Positions 45,757 through 53,613 of a DNA stretch of 53,613 nucleotides are shown here, piece by piece. Positions within the stretch are counted from its first letter, which is position 1. Each line of letters begins with the position of its first letter. A model generated the notes under the pieces. That model had not been told where the DNA came from and made no database searches. It was given only the letters and a program-made list of their open reading frames with translations. Source of the DNA: a bacterium (GTDB taxonomy: Bacteria; Bacteroidota; Ignavibacteria; UBA10030); assembly GCA_007280275.1 (NCBI GenBank), contig QYQB01000076.1, positions 1 through 53,613 of the forward strand. Direction: 5' to 3'. The position numbers and the translations under genes are program-made.

Positions 45757-47079
45757 TTAGACTGTTACCGCTCTCTTGGCAACTTTCTTCGCCGCATTCT
45801 TTATTCCCTGTACCATCATGTCGATATCATTGTCCGTCAGTCTCGGATGCATCGGCAGGTTGAACTCTCTCTTATAGAAGAACTTCGACGCGTTCGGACA
45901 TTGATTCGGATCGTATCCCATCTTCTTCAATCCGGTCAGGTGGAATGTCGGCTGATAGTGGAGAATCCCCTGGATCCCCTCTTCTTTGTAGAGCACTCTC
46001 ATGAATTCATCACGGCTCGCACCGAGCTCTTCTTCCTCGACGCAAACCGTATACAGGTGGAACACGTGCTTTGCCCATGCTTCTTCGAACACCGGAGAGA
46101 TTCCCTCAATCCCGGAGAGTCCTTTTGTGATCTTGTGGCCAATTTCCCTGCGCTTGTTTGTCAACATTTCAAGTTTGTCGAGCTGTGCAACTCCAACAGC
46201 AGCCTGAATTTCATTCATCCTGTAGTTGTTCCCCCAATGTCCTTTCCAGGTATCGACGTCGAAGTGCGATGGGAGCCAATAATCGAGGCTGCTTTCCTTT
46301 TTGATTACCGTGTCGCCAAAATGCCATTCCGTCTGCCCAGGCTTCCACTCTCCGAGATTCATACAACGAAGTTTATCGATCCCCTCGGCGAATTCATCAT
46401 TGTTCGTCGTGATCATCCCACCCTCGCCGCAGGTTGTCATATTCTTGAGAGAATGGAATGAAAACACACCGACATCGCCGATACTTCCTGCTTTTCGTCC
46501 CTTGTATTCGGCGGCGTGTGCATGGGCACAGTCTTCCATGACGAACAGTTTGTGCTTTTTCGCGATTTCCATGATCGGATCCATATCGACCATCTGACCA
46601 CCATAATGGACGACATAGATTGCCTTTGTCTTGCTTGTCACCTTCTCAGCGACTTTTTTCGGATCGATGTTGAATGTCCGGGGGTCGATATCCGCATATA
46701 CTGGAATCGCCTTTTCTTTCAAAACGACCAATGATGTCGCGATGAAGGTAGCGGGAGTGACGATGACTTCATCCCCTTCCTTGATATCGAATAGCTGGGT
46801 GGCGACGTGCATTCCCGTTGTGCAGTTCGTTGTTGCCCGCGCATGCTTTACTCCACACATTTTCGCAAAACCGGTCTGGAACTGTGTCGTCTTGGGACCC
46901 ATGGTGAGAGTCTCCCCATGCAACGCTGCAATGGCAGCCTTTTCTTCGGCTTCATCGTAAATCGAGCCCATGAACGCATAGGGTACTTTCAGCTTGACCC
47001 CGTCGTTGGTTGCATACGAACTCGTAATGCCCCCTTCTGTTTCCCCGCCCGAGATGTGCTTTTTTTCTTCGGTATTCAT
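45757..47079 (-). CDS. DegT/DnrJ/EryC1/StrS-family PLP-dependent sugar aminotransferase
   Basis: FIATSLVVL, HYGGQMVDMDPIMEIAKKHKLFVMEDCAHAHAAEY, GDVGVFSFHSLKNMTTCGEGGMITT (PLP-lysine context SxHxxK). 440 aa, no leader. Confidence 0.85.
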   Translation of the reverse strand: MNTEEKKHISGGETEGGITSSYATNDGVKLKVPYAFMGSIYDEAEEKAAIAALHGETLTMGPKTTQFQTGFAKMCGVKHARATTNCTTGMHVATQLFDIKEGDEVIVTPATFIATSLVVLKEKAIPVYADIDPRTFNIDPKKVAEKVTSKTKAIYVVHYGGQMVDMDPIMEIAKKHKLFVMEDCAHAHAAEYKGRKAGSIGDVGVFSFHSLKNMTTCGEGGMITTNNDEFAEGIDKLRCMNLGEWKPGQTEWHFGDTVIKKESSLDYWLPSHFDVDTWKGHWGNNYRMNEIQAAVGVAQLDKLEMLTNKRREIGHKITKGLSGIEGISPVFEEAWAKHVFHLYTVCVEEEELGASRDEFMRVLYKEEGIQGILHYQPTFHLTGLKKMGYDPNQCPNASKFFYKREFNLPMHPRLTDNDIDMMVQGIKNAAKKVAKRAVTV

Positions 47080-47100
47080 TTTCTCAATCTCCCTTGTTTG

Positions 47101-48168
47101 TTAGATCTGAATTTTAATACCATTGGCTTTAGCCGATTCATGGACTTTGAGAACCAACTCCAGGTTGTGGAGGGCATCGTCACCTGACATTCTGGGACCG
47201 CTCATGACAGAGCGGGCATGGTTTTGAATCACCATCCGGTAGATGTTTTGCTCTTTCTTGACTCTTAATTTGTGAGCGGCGGACTGGCGGCCGTCAATCT
47301 CGAGTCTGAGTTTAAGCGGTTCGTCCGAGTGACCTGAAAGCTGAAACAGAGTACCATAAGTGCTTAATGTCTTCTTGCTTCCATAGACTTCGTACCCGAG
47401 ATTCAACAGTGTGCCGTTTACCGAACCGCGTGGTTCGCTGAATGATACTCGAATGGTACCGGTTACATTCTTCTTCGTTGTGAAGTTTATGAATGCGCCA
47501 TTCTCAGCCTTGATCTCAATGACAGGCGGGGTATACACCGCCTGCACCGAGGCAATGGTGTCATTCAGAAGAAATTCGGCCATATACATACAGTGACTCG
47601 CCACATCACCCACGGGACCGCCGACCTCTTCGGGATTTGAGCACCTCCACGTCGCTGCCTCTTCCTTCGCAAACCCGTATGGGAATTCCATGTGCAACAC
47701 GATATGACTCACGTCGCCCACTCCCCCTTTTTGAATAATCTGACTTGCCTTGATGTTGTAGGCGTTGTAGAGCATCATATGATCAACGGCAAGACTCAGA
47801 TCGTTGTTCGAGGCGAGTTGCATCAGTTCCCTCGCATGGTCGAGGGTGGTCGTTATCGGTTTCTCAATGATCACATGTTTCCGTGCTTCCAGGAGTTGTT
47901 TTGCTATAGGGTAGTGAGAAAGATTGTTCGTCGCAACAAACACGGCGTCGGTATCTTTGCTTTCGCAGAGAGCATCAACTGAATCAAACCATTTCAACCC
48001 CATCTTTTTCGCCGCACTCTTCCTGGCTGCTGAAATGTCCATGGCTCCAGTTAGACGGGCATTGGGAAGAGGTTTGAACCGCGTTGAATCCATCGCGAAC
48101 CCTTCCTTGGCGATTCTGTTTTCAGCAATGCCACCAAAACCTGCGATTGCGTACCTGACGGTTTTCAT
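47101..48168 (-). CDS. Gfo/Idh/MocA-family NAD(P)-dependent oxidoreductase
   Basis: VRYAIAGFGGIAENRI Rossmann start and the VIIEKPIT motif. The start overlaps the kinase stop (ATGA). Confidence 0.85.
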   Translation of the reverse strand: MKTVRYAIAGFGGIAENRIAKEGFAMDSTRFKPLPNARLTGAMDISAARKSAAKKMGLKWFDSVDALCESKDTDAVFVATNNLSHYPIAKQLLEARKHVIIEKPITTTLDHARELMQLASNNDLSLAVDHMMLYNAYNIKASQIIQKGGVGDVSHIVLHMEFPYGFAKEEAATWRCSNPEEVGGPVGDVASHCMYMAEFLLNDTIASVQAVYTPPVIEIKAENGAFINFTTKKNVTGTIRVSFSEPRGSVNGTLLNLGYEVYGSKKTLSTYGTLFQLSGHSDEPLKLRLEIDGRQSAAHKLRVKKEQNIYRMVIQNHARSVMSGPRMSGDDALHNLELVLKVHESAKANGIKIQI

Positions 48169-49208
48169 TCGACCCCCTTTTCAACATGTTCGTGGTGCAA
48201 TTCGTGAAACGAGTATGTATCTCCCAATGCGAGACATGCTTCGTAGTCCCTGATGCCATCGGAGCAACTAATATCCTGCAGGCAAGCCGCTGCGGTGCAT
48301 ACTCCCAATCGAACCGATTGGTGCATATCCCAGCCTTCATGAATTCCCCAGAGAGTGCCTGCGGCAAAGGCATCTCCTGCACCAACGGTGCTCATAATCC
48401 GGCTGCCCGGAACTTGTACGGCACCCTGGAGTATCTCCTCACCCTGCTTGCTCAATGCAAAGACCCCTTTGGGGAAATGGATTAACACCCACTGGTTCAC
48501 CCCATGACGCAGGAGTTGTTTCGCTGCATCCCGCAGGATCTCCCGATCCGGGATATCATTGCACAAATCCAACCCGGTGCATCGACTTGCTTCGAATTCA
48601 TTCATGAAGAGCAAGTCCACATAAGGGAGCGACGGGACAATGATGTCGTTAAATCGATTACTCTCTTCACTGACCGTATCGACTGACGTAATAAGCCCGG
48701 TTTCTTGTGCTGCTTTCAGTAACCGTGCGGCACCGGTTACTCCATGACTGTCCATTTTATCAAGCTCGTCGAGAAGAAGAAGATACCCGAGATGGAACAA
48801 CTTGGCTGTCGACTGATGAACGTCAATGGGCTCAACCCCAAAGAGCGCATTCGCTCCCCGCTGATGGAAAAAAGTCCTCCGACCGGTGTTTTCAACGGAC
48901 ATCACATCCGTATACGAGGTATGAATACCCGGCGCACTCTTGAGACCACCCGTGTCGATTCTGTTGTTTCTGCATTCTTCTCTTATCCATCCACTGTCGT
49001 TGTCATCGCCAACCAACCCGAAACCCTTCAATGGAAAACGTGCACCCAAACGGGACAGATCCTTCAACACATTGAACGGAGCACCGCCGTTGCTTATTGA
49101 TTCGCGCCTTATGTTTGCCAGCGATTGCTCAGCCGGATAGACGTCGACCACTTTAATGTGGTCTACAATCCAGTTACCAGCTCCAATGATCCCGGCTCTT
49201 TCAGACAT
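48165..49208 (-). CDS. PfkB-family (ribokinase-like) sugar or sugar-phosphate kinase
   Basis: IIGAGNWIVDHI..., NGGAPFNVLKDLSRLG, and the C-terminal VGAGDAFAAG anion-hole motif. The ATG at 49208 follows GAGGGA plus 7 nt; the track start at 49223 is TTG. Confidence 0.85.
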   Translation of the reverse strand: MSERAGIIGAGNWIVDHIKVVDVYPAEQSLANIRRESISNGGAPFNVLKDLSRLGARFPLKGFGLVGDDNDSGWIREECRNNRIDTGGLKSAPGIHTSYTDVMSVENTGRRTFFHQRGANALFGVEPIDVHQSTAKLFHLGYLLLLDELDKMDSHGVTGAARLLKAAQETGLITSVDTVSEESNRFNDIIVPSLPYVDLLFMNEFEASRCTGLDLCNDIPDREILRDAAKQLLRHGVNQWVLIHFPKGVFALSKQGEEILQGAVQVPGSRIMSTVGAGDAFAAGTLWGIHEGWDMHQSVRLGVCTAAACLQDISCSDGIRDYEACLALGDTYSFHELHHEHVEKGVE

Positions 49209-49219
49209 TTGCAGATCCC

Positions 49220-49888
49220 TCAATCCCTCGCCGATTCGAAAATCAGCTTCCCGAAATACTGAGGCAGATGGAAATTCGGCGTCGGGTTTACAACCTCGCT
49301 CCAGGAGCCGTAGTGTTCAAACTCGGTCTCATCTCCGCATTTGTTGAAGTTGGCAATTGTCGCTTTGTCCACGAACTTTCTGCCGTAGTGCTTTTCAAAA
49401 AAGCTCTTCGGAATTCTTGCATGAAGCGTCCAATACGCGGATCCGTGGCTTCCGACAACAGGATGCTTAATTGACGAGATTATCTCAAAGCCCTCCGTGT
49501 CCTCCTCCTTGAAGTAGTGTCTCTTGCTGTCATCCCCGTCTTTGCCAACGCCGATCAACAGAACACCGAGGGCGTTCATTTCCATGTTTACATACTCTTC
49601 CGAGGACTCAGGAAACGGGTTCAGGAAGAATTCGACGCAGCTGTCCTTGAAGACATCGGATCCAAACGACGTATGCCTGATCGTTATGCGGTCTTCGAGA
49701 ACCAGGTAGTGCACATAGATGAATTTGTCGGTATGGAATACCTTGACACTCACCTGTGGAGCATACTTGTTTTGCACCCACTTGTAGTTGGCTATGAACA
49801 GTGCGCTAATGTCAGCCCAGAGTGCCGGCCTGGTGAAATCGTCTAAGTTTTGATGTTTCTTGATGACCGAATACGTTTGCTGTACCAT
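49220..49888 (-). CDS. Carbohydrate-binding-family-9-like (CBM9_2/DOMON-like) protein, leaderless
   Basis: 222 aa. DSCVEFFLNPFP, ANFNKCGDETEFEHYGSWSEV and PNFHLPQYFGKLIF match my recollection of the ~220-aa 'carbohydrate-binding family 9-like' proteins. No signal peptide. Confidence 0.55.
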   Translation of the reverse strand: MVQQTYSVIKKHQNLDDFTRPALWADISALFIANYKWVQNKYAPQVSVKVFHTDKFIYVHYLVLEDRITIRHTSFGSDVFKDSCVEFFLNPFPESSEEYVNMEMNALGVLLIGVGKDGDDSKRHYFKEEDTEGFEIISSIKHPVVGSHGSAYWTLHARIPKSFFEKHYGRKFVDKATIANFNKCGDETEFEHYGSWSEVVNPTPNFHLPQYFGKLIFESARD

Positions 49889-49946
49889 ATGCGATATCTT
49901 TTTAGAACATGTCTATAAAGCAGTCAAAAAACGACCAGTGCAGCGT

Positions 49947-52289
49947 CTACTCTCTGGCTTTCGTAAGCTCACCGAGGATATCCGTCTTTTCTACAACACT
50001 GACACCCAGAAGGATAATCGCGTTCTCATTGTTCTTGGTGAACTTGACCGTTTTCAGATTCACGTGTTTGATCTTCTCCCCGAAGCGCGTGTTCTTCCAT
50101 TCGTATGCGAAAAAGGTCACCGGCTGTGCGCTGATCGTTGCCACCGAAACGGCGTCCGCTGCGTACGCATACTTATCCTGGTTGTAGTGAATTGTTTCCT
50201 TTTCGTTTCTCGCAATGCGTTGACGCCACCCCCAATCCAGAATGTTGACGCCATAGCGGATCGGAATGATCTCCATCAATCCGTCCTCATAGACAACTTC
50301 GTACCAGCCGAGGAGGTCTGCAGTCTCATCGAAATTATAGATGTTGTAGTACACTTTTCGATTGGCAACGTTCTTCGCGCACGCGTGCAGGAAGATGATG
50401 CTGCTGACATCTTCGTTGATCGGAATCTCCTTGAGCTCTTTTGCTTCGGCTGTCCCATTTGATATTTTCGCGACACCCCCCCGATTCCCCTTCTCTCCAC
50501 CGGCAATGAGATTGAAGAGCACGGGTCCGGATTTGATCTCTCCCGAGACAATATCATCCGCCTTGAGTCCCGCAGCTGCTCCGTTCAACGTTGAGTTGAA
50601 ATGGGATGCCAGATTCAATGGCCTGACTTTATATCCCGCGTCACTTGGCAGGACGCTTCCGCTCATATCGCGGTGCACCTCGTGAACGAGCGACTCAACC
50701 GTGTAAATAAGAGAGTCGAACGACATGTGATGTTCCGACCAGAGAAAATTTGCGCATCCCAGGAAATTGAGGAGCTGATCCTTGCCGAAGTTCTTTTCCG
50801 TCGTTGCAGACCATGAAGAAGGCGCTCCGCCGAGGAACCCCGGCAGTTTGGTTCGTTCCACCCAATCCACGATGTCCGCCCGCATATTACCATAAACCTG
50901 TTTGAACCCCCACTTCGCCAACTTCGTGTCGTTGCTTCTCTCATATCGTTCATCCCAGAACCAATTGAATACCAGGATATCCTTGGGAACCAATTTCGCC
51001 ACTTGTTCGGGGCGGAGAGCTCCCGGTACTTTGTAGACATAGCCAGTAGATGACTTTGTGGTGCGCGGGTCTTTTTCCCGAACAGATTCCAGGAGATGAT
51101 CTCCCCACATGGCAGTTGCGATTCCCTTGCCGGCGAGATAGTCGTGAATTTTCTTCAGATCGTTGGCGAACAACTCACCGTAGTCTTTCCCCCTGCACAA
51201 CTCGCATTCGTCTTTTTCCATCCGCCACTCGTCATGACCGACGTGAACCATCGTGGGATGGATGACATCAATGTATTCATCCAGGACATCGAAGTAGATT
51301 TTATAGATTTCAGGCTGCAGCGGGCAATAGGTATCCGGGAACACTTCCTTCTTGTTTTCGGCAAGGTTCTTGTGTCCGGCCAGCAAATAATACGAGTGTG
51401 GCAACGAAGGGAGTTCCGGAATCACTTCGATGTCAAACATTCTCATGTAATTGACCAGGTCTGCCACCTCGCGCTTTTCGAGGATTCCCCCATCCGCATT
51501 GTCGTGGTGCGTGGAGTTCTTGGTCTTGTCGTTGACCCCGTGCGGCTCGCCAAGCCGGCTGTAGTTGAGGGCGTTCGCAAACTCCACGGCGCCGACGTTC
51601 AGCTCAGGATGGCGCTCGAGACGCATGTTGGCATTCAACTCGAGAATGATCTTGTTGTACTTGAACAACACGACGAAATCACGAATAAACCGCTTGAAAA
51701 ACGTGAAATTCTCTCTTCCCGGCAGATAGAGCTTTATGCCGCGAAAAGGGAACTTCGGTTTGTCTTTTACTCTGAGGAGTGGAACAGAAATCCGATTGTG
51801 GTCTGCACTCATGATCTGGCGGAGGGATGCCAAACCATACAAGGCCCCGCTTTGCTTGTTCGCGGCGACGACAATTCCGTGATCGGTTACATCCAGGATG
51901 TATCCTTCGTCCCCAAGTTCCTTCAAATCAGACTCAAGTCCGTGGGTTTCACAGTACTGCTTCACCAATGGATTTGCAATTGTGCCTACGAGAATTCTAT
52001 TTCCATCAGCAGCCAATTTTGATTCACTGATCATCCGAAGCGGAAGGCCGTATCGATCAGCGAACTCCGCGACAACCAATCCGCGCAGAAACCTGTCAGT
52101 CTCTGTTTCCGCCGTCGGGACGATGATGGACGTTGACGCGGTGACCACAAATGTTCCCTGAGAGCGCTGGACTGACACCGGGATCGGATAGATCAGCGGT
52201 TTGTCTTTCGAAAAAGTCTCAGCAATGCTCCCCAGGAAAAGGAGCACGAACACCAGGGTGATTATCCGATCGATGTGCTTTGTGATCAT
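49947..52289 (-). CDS. GH20-like glycosidase with long C-terminal extension, paralog B
   Basis: Collinear with 28425..30758 (ELGDEGYILDVTDHGIVVAANKQSGALYGLASLRQIM, VIPELPSLPHSYYLLAGHKNLAEN, MVHVGHDEWRMEKDECELCRGKDY). The ATG at 52289 (MITKHIDRIITLVFVLLFLGS) follows AGGAG plus 7 nt. The track ORF extends to 52346. Confidence 0.75.
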   Translation of the reverse strand: MITKHIDRIITLVFVLLFLGSIAETFSKDKPLIYPIPVSVQRSQGTFVVTASTSIIVPTAETETDRFLRGLVVAEFADRYGLPLRMISESKLAADGNRILVGTIANPLVKQYCETHGLESDLKELGDEGYILDVTDHGIVVAANKQSGALYGLASLRQIMSADHNRISVPLLRVKDKPKFPFRGIKLYLPGRENFTFFKRFIRDFVVLFKYNKIILELNANMRLERHPELNVGAVEFANALNYSRLGEPHGVNDKTKNSTHHDNADGGILEKREVADLVNYMRMFDIEVIPELPSLPHSYYLLAGHKNLAENKKEVFPDTYCPLQPEIYKIYFDVLDEYIDVIHPTMVHVGHDEWRMEKDECELCRGKDYGELFANDLKKIHDYLAGKGIATAMWGDHLLESVREKDPRTTKSSTGYVYKVPGALRPEQVAKLVPKDILVFNWFWDERYERSNDTKLAKWGFKQVYGNMRADIVDWVERTKLPGFLGGAPSSWSATTEKNFGKDQLLNFLGCANFLWSEHHMSFDSLIYTVESLVHEVHRDMSGSVLPSDAGYKVRPLNLASHFNSTLNGAAAGLKADDIVSGEIKSGPVLFNLIAGGEKGNRGGVAKISNGTAEAKELKEIPINEDVSSIIFLHACAKNVANRKVYYNIYNFDETADLLGWYEVVYEDGLMEIIPIRYGVNILDWGWRQRIARNEKETIHYNQDKYAYAADAVSVATISAQPVTFFAYEWKNTRFGEKIKHVNLKTVKFTKNNENAIILLGVSVVEKTDILGELTKARE

Positions 52290-52628
52290 TTCATAACTCC
52301 TGCAATGCAACCCGCGAGTGCGAAACAGTGTCTTCGGACCGCGCATATATAGAAAAGCGCATCCATACCTTGGGGCGTCAGAGTTCGCGTCTACAATCCG
52401 AAGGAGGATACGCTCGTGAAGAGGTGCAAGAAAACCGTCATCGATTCGACAGGATCATCCGATTCGCTCGCCTTTGAATCCACCAAACTCCCTGCACGAA
52501 GCCCGATGGCATGTCCCGTGTCGTCCATCTTCCCCAGGTTGTCAGGCAGCACCGTGTGCCGGTACCGCCTGACTTCCATGAGGACACTTCGATCTTAGCA
52601 GCTCACCCAAACCTGATGGTGCCTGATA

Positions 52629-53613
52629 CTATTTCAGGAGCATCATCTTCTGAGTCAGATTGAGGTTCGCGCCGGTCAACGTATAAAGGTACATACCCGA
52701 TGATAATTTGCTTGCATCGAATTGCACTCGATACACTCCCGGTGCAACTTCTTTATCCAGCAGGCTTGCTACTTTCTGTCCAAGAATGTTGTACACCTGG
52801 AGCGAATAGCTGCCGGCTTTTGCGATACTGAATTGTATCGTTGTCGTCGGATTGAACGGATTTGGATAGTTCTGCGAAAGCTGGAATGACGCCGGTACCT
52901 GGTCCGAGAAGGTTTCTACCTCTGTAGCAATTCCACCCGGCAGATATCCAATGTCCAAACCATCAGTTCCTGCATTCTTGCCTACCGAACCTGCCGCCAG
53001 CCTGTAGTCCCGATTGGCCGCATTGACGAACACTGGAGTTGCCCTGATGATTTTGCTTGTATCGGGATAGGCATTGCCCGCAGTGCTGCTGCTGCCGTAT
53101 GTCACGAATCGATTTGGAAAGGCGTTGTACACAACGTTCTTAATAGTCGAGCGTGGAGCACCCACGAAGCGGCCCGTCTCTGCTCCGAAGGCATATCTCG
53201 CTGTGTCTTTGCTGTTTATGACGATGCAATTCTGTACGACCGCTCCTGGCGTGGTGTAGGTGTTGATGCCACCGAGGGCCATCGAGTCAACAGTGAGGTG
53301 ATTGATAAACACCGTGGGCCATTTATACGAAGCCGAGTCTCTGTTGGCGGGTTCAATATAGGTAGCCCAACCATCGCTCGTGGAGGACGTACCAACTATA
53401 AGGCAATTCTCCATCTTAATATACTTGGCTCCCCCGGGTTGCGTCTTGTTTGTTGGGGTGTTGCGTATCCCCTTCTCATAGAGTATCATTTTCACGTTGT
53501 CGATGAAAATTGAATTTGTAATAAGGAGAGAATCCAACGCACGCATCGTGCCGTCAGAGGTGTAAACGCATCTCTGGCCGCAGTTGGTGAACTCGCAATT
53601 GTCAATTCGAACA
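52629..53613 (-). CDS. Parallel beta-helix repeat protein with T9SS C-terminal sorting domain (5' end outside the window)
   Basis: The frame stays open upstream of the track ATG (53546) to the window edge (...VRIDNCEFTNCGQRCVYTSDGT-MRALD...). Repeats of the N-C/S-I-hydrophobic coil type. C-terminus NYPNPFNPTTTIQFSI...VYNILGQKVASLLD...MMLLK. Confidence 0.75.
   Translation of the reverse strand, partial: VRIDNCEFTNCGQRCVYTSDGTMRALDSLLITNSIFIDNVKMILYEKGIRNTPTNKTQPGGAKYIKMENCLIVGTSSTSDGWATYIEPANRDSASYKWPTVFINHLTVDSMALGGINTYTTPGAVVQNCIVINSKDTARYAFGAETGRFVGAPRSTIKNVVYNAFPNRFVTYGSSSTAGNAYPDTSKIIRATPVFVNAANRDYRLAAGSVGKNAGTDGLDIGYLPGGIATEVETFSDQVPASFQLSQNYPNPFNPTTTIQFSIAKAGSYSLQVYNILGQKVASLLDKEVAPGVYRVQFDASKLSSGMYLYTLTGANLNLTQKMMLLK

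Noticed and set aside
1-53613. Defence islands, CRISPR arrays, transposases, integrases, phage genes and rRNA
   Set aside because: No repeat-spacer periodicity was seen. I also saw no DDE/HUH/tyrosine- or serine-recombinase, nuclease-helicase, reverse-transcriptase or capsid/terminase-like ORFs in any frame, and no rRNA-like conserved strings.

Overview
Apart from the first ~175 bases, the window is one uninterrupted minus-strand array of 39 protein-coding genes (775-53613). I read it as a very large glycan-degradation supercluster from an FCB-superphylum bacterium. Seven proteins end in the Por/T9SS C-terminal sorting domain (NYPNPFNP(S/T)T.ISY...). Many starts have strong AAGGAGG-type Shine-Dalgarno sites, so the organism is probably not a classical Bacteroidia.

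Recognisable CAZymes:
- one canonical GH20 and two long GH20-like paralogs
- GH27, GH28 and GH105/88
- a DUF4091/GH123-like protein
- two parallel beta-helix proteins

Interleaved with them are less expected modules:
- three tandem exported LmbE/PIG-L deacetylases, bracketed by two HGSNAT-like (DUF5009) polytopic acetyltransferases
- six calcineurin/purple-acid-phosphatase-like phosphoesterases (four in a row, three with T9SS tails)
- a Tat-exported two-subunit molybdo-hydroxylase (IorAB-like)
- two URO-D-family proteins
- a leaderless, presumably cytoplasmic set: DegT aminotransferase, two Gfo/Idh/MocA oxidoreductases, PfkB kinase, class I aldolase, PIG-L deacetylase and a CBM9-like protein
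- five secreted proteins of unknown function

I see no regulator, TonB/SusCD-type or ABC importer, transposase, integrase, CRISPR array or rRNA.

The left end (1-1151) holds a convergent MFS transporter tail, two hairpin terminators, two degenerate copies of a tRNA 3'-end-like sequence with no tRNA body, and a small ribbon-helix-helix gene. It looks like an old integration or att junction.

Non-coding oddities are a pair of 16-bp palindromes 143 bp apart in the longest intergenic spacer (45511-45756) and an A/C-rich, G-poor repeat leader upstream of the aldolase gene.

All functional calls rest on motif recognition by eye. No database search was run.
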